Source of the DNA: Marsupella aquatica
Lineage: Eukaryota; Plantae; Marchantiophyta
DNA: 64,000 nt
Assembly: GCA_973895155.1 (NCBI GenBank)
Contig: OZ316895.1
Coordinates: 8,172,184 to 8,236,183 of the forward strand
Reading direction: 5' to 3'
Under the pieces are notes generated by a model. That model saw only the letters and a program-made list of their open reading frames with translations, did no database searches and had not been told where the DNA came from. Position numbers and translations under genes: made by a program. The number at the start of each line of letters is the position of its first letter. The first letter of the stretch is position 1. Shown in pieces: positions 61,630-64,000 of the stretch.

Positions 61630-62190
61630 ATTATGCCCATCAAATTTTGAAGTTTGAGACCCCCTAGTTTTAAAATTAAAAATTAAAAAAAAAATTGTTG
61701 GAAAATAACATCTTGAGACCCCCTAATATTAGGCCCATCAAATTTTGAAGTGTGAGAAGCCCTGATATTATGCCCATCAAATTTTAAAGTAAGATGCCCA
61801 TCAAATGATGCCCATCAAATGATGCCCATCAAATTTTGAGGTTTGGGACCCCATGCCATAAAACTATGCCCATCAAATTATGAAGTTTGGGACCCCCTAA
61901 TATGATGCCCACAAAATTTTGAAGTTTGGGACCCCCTGATATGATGCCCATCAAATTTTGAAGTTTGGGACCCCCTAATATGATGCCCACAAAATTTTGA
62001 AGTTTGGGACCCCCTGATATGATGCCCATCAAATTTTGAAGTTTGGGACCCCCTAATATGATGCCCATCAAGTTCTGAAGTTTGAGACCCCTAATATGAT
62101 GCCCATCAAGTTTTGAAGTTTGAGACCCCCTAATATTATGCCCATCAAATTGCGAAGCATGTGAAGATTAAGACCCCCTAATACTATGCC
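61630..62190. repeat. 39-bp minisatellite
   Basis: Unit TGATGCCCATCAAATTTTGAAGTTTGGGACCCCCTAATA; near-perfect over 61866-62150, degenerate copies back to ~61405. Confidence 0.92.
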
Positions 62191-63353
62191 CTTCCTCAGG
62201 TTACTACGTCGCCATCCATTCTCGTTATCAGCAACAACACTGTACTACTGTCCCTCCTAGCTATGGCATCAGCAGCAGCAGCAGCTGCTGATGACACGAG
62301 GTGAGACGAAGTTTCCTTCGTAAAGAACTGAAGGTCGGCTTGCTGGCCTTCCATGGACGCAGAGCTTCGCGCTTTGCACGCTGTTGGTCTGTGGCTCGTT
62401 GGCTTCCTCGCCCTCCGTCGTCAACTCGTCATCCTTCCTTCGCCTGTTGAGTGTTGAGTGTTGTTGAGTGTTGAGTGTTGAGTGCTTCGCAACTCCTCCG
62501 GTTTTTCTGCGGCTTGAAGGGACCGGGACGTCCCCCGGTTGGCCGTTCCTCTTTTCGTTTCTGTCGGTAAGTCACTACAGTGGTGGTGCTCTCCTCTCTG
62601 CTTTTCCTGGACAGACATTTCCTGTGCTCCGCATCGCAGTGGATATGCCTTTCGACTGCTGTTGCGGCTAGCGACTCCCCTCTCTCTTCGTCGCCAGACA
62701 TCTGATCGGGTTCCGCTTCGCTGCGGACATTTCTCTTGCTGTCTCGACTACCTACTCGTTTTTTTTTTCGCTTCCTCGCCGGACGTTTGATGTCGTTCGC
62801 TTCGCTGCGGAGACTGTAGTCTGGAGCGCGCGTGGCGAGGACGAGCAAAAGGGGTACAGTATTCGCCTCCTTTCCTCACGGATTGATGTTTTGGCGGTTC
62901 GCTGGCTTCTGTTGTGCCCTTGCATCGTTGTCGTGGTTGACGGGGCCTACCATTAATCAGTCTCGCCACCCATTTGAGCGAGCTCCGGAGGCCGTTGCGG
63001 CACGGATACGGAGTGCTACACGGCTTCTTGAAGGCGGGGGCGCCGGGGCTGCTGTAGGGTGATTGACAGGTAGTGAAGGCACTCGGCCGAGCATAGATTT
63101 TGTATTGGCGGACGGAGCGAAACAGCCGCCGGGAGTTCCCGATTGATTGCGGCAGTTGTGTTCTTGTAGTGTCTTTTTGTCTCTGCGTTGGTGGTTTGCT
63201 GTAGGTTGCTGCAGTTTGGGAACTTGAAGAACTGGATAGCGAAGAGTGTTGTGGATTGGCAAATAGCGGTTTGTTTGAAATCTAACTATTTGCCCAGAGG
63301 GTGCTAGAGCCGTTCGAGAGGTTTTACAGATTTGAGGTGCCTCCTAGGGCTTT

Positions 63354-63582
63354 TAGGGTTTTCTGCGAAGTTGTGAAGAGGGGAGCCATTGGAAAAGTAC
63401 TCTGTGATATACTCTGAAGTGGTCGCTTGGTAAAGAGGTTTAGTTTGTTGGGCTTGTTTCTCTGTGTCAGGCTAAGGAATAGCGGTGACGGAATGGATGT
63501 GACCGCGCGGAGGGGACTGCGGATCTTAGAGTCGGGACTGGAGTAGACAGGGACATTAGTGGACAAGGATAGCGTAGGGTTT
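63354..63582 (-). promoter_or_regulatory. Two telo-box motifs (AAACCCTA) upstream of the PTB start codon
   Basis: TAGGGTTT at 63354-63361 and 63575-63582. Telo-boxes are common near plant RNA-processing and translation genes; function here is untested. Confidence 0.35.
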
Positions 63583-63603
63583 TATTCCTGGAACAGAGAG
63601 AAG

Positions 63604-63789
63604 ATGACGTCTACCGCTGGACAGCCGCAGTTTCGATACACTCAACCCCCTTCAAAGGTCTTGCACGTCAGAAATCTGCCATGGGAGTGCAGTTCGGAGG
63701 AGTTGATAGAATTATGCAAGCCGTTCGGCAAAGTCGTGAATACTAAGGTCAATGTTGGAGCCAATCACAATCAAGCTTTCGTGGAGTTC
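63604..63789 (+). CDS. PTB: Polypyrimidine tract-binding protein (plant PTB1/2-type), first coding exon; gene runs off the window
   Basis: QPQFRYTQPPSKVLHVRNLPWEC..EELIELCKPFGKVVNTK.NVGAN.NQAFVEF is RRM1 of plant PTB1/2, followed by the donor GTAAGT at 63790. Confidence 0.92.
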
Positions 63790-64000
63790 GTAAGTCCTTT
63801 CACCCTCTCCTTGCACTATTTTTCGACACACCTCATTGTATCTTTTGTGAAGTCTTGTCGACTTCATACTTACTTACACAATGGCGTGACGTTCCAGTCT
63901 TAAACATGCGTGCTATCCGGAAATCCCCTTCTATTGGAGGCAATGCAATTACGATTATTGTGGCTTGCTCATTCGCTCCCCGACTCTCCTAGTCTTTCAA

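Noticed and set aside
61829-62071. 80-aa ORF with 13-aa periodicity
   Set aside because: A by-product of the 39-bp minisatellite; no evidence of coding function.
62445-62484. (TGTTGAG)n run resembling the copia LTR terminus
   Set aside because: A simple 7-bp microsatellite with no further LTR similarity.

Overview
Land-plant nuclear DNA, probably a non-seed plant such as a bryophyte (inferred from gene content, GT-AG introns and TTTAGGG repeats). 1-26 kb is a nested retrotransposon island. It holds a decayed full-length Ty3/gypsy chromovirus (3521-16212), a decayed full-length Ty1/copia (17322-24184, minus strand), related solo LTRs, a copia gag fragment and mosaic repeats. 27-48 kb carries four host genes: a two-exon secreted beta-lactamase-family serine hydrolase, eight-exon ASCC2, an intronless F-box gene and an intronless Spinster-like MFS transporter. 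52-62 kb holds a decayed L1-type LINE interrupted by two DNA elements, a solo LTR and a 39-bp minisatellite. The first coding exon of a PTB gene starts at 63604. The most unusual object is a 4743-bp unit (4867-9609) that splits the chromovirus 5' LTR. It has TG...CA ends, a perfect AGAGC target-site duplication, no terminal direct repeats and no gag/pol. It is mostly one decayed ~1150-codon ORF with a PMD/transposon-domain-like N-terminal part and a long coiled coil, i.e. it looks like a protein-coding solo LTR or a new integrase-mobilised cargo element. The 3' LTR of the same chromovirus has a 7-bp segment replaced by telomeric repeats. All alignments and counts were done by eye; no database searches were run.
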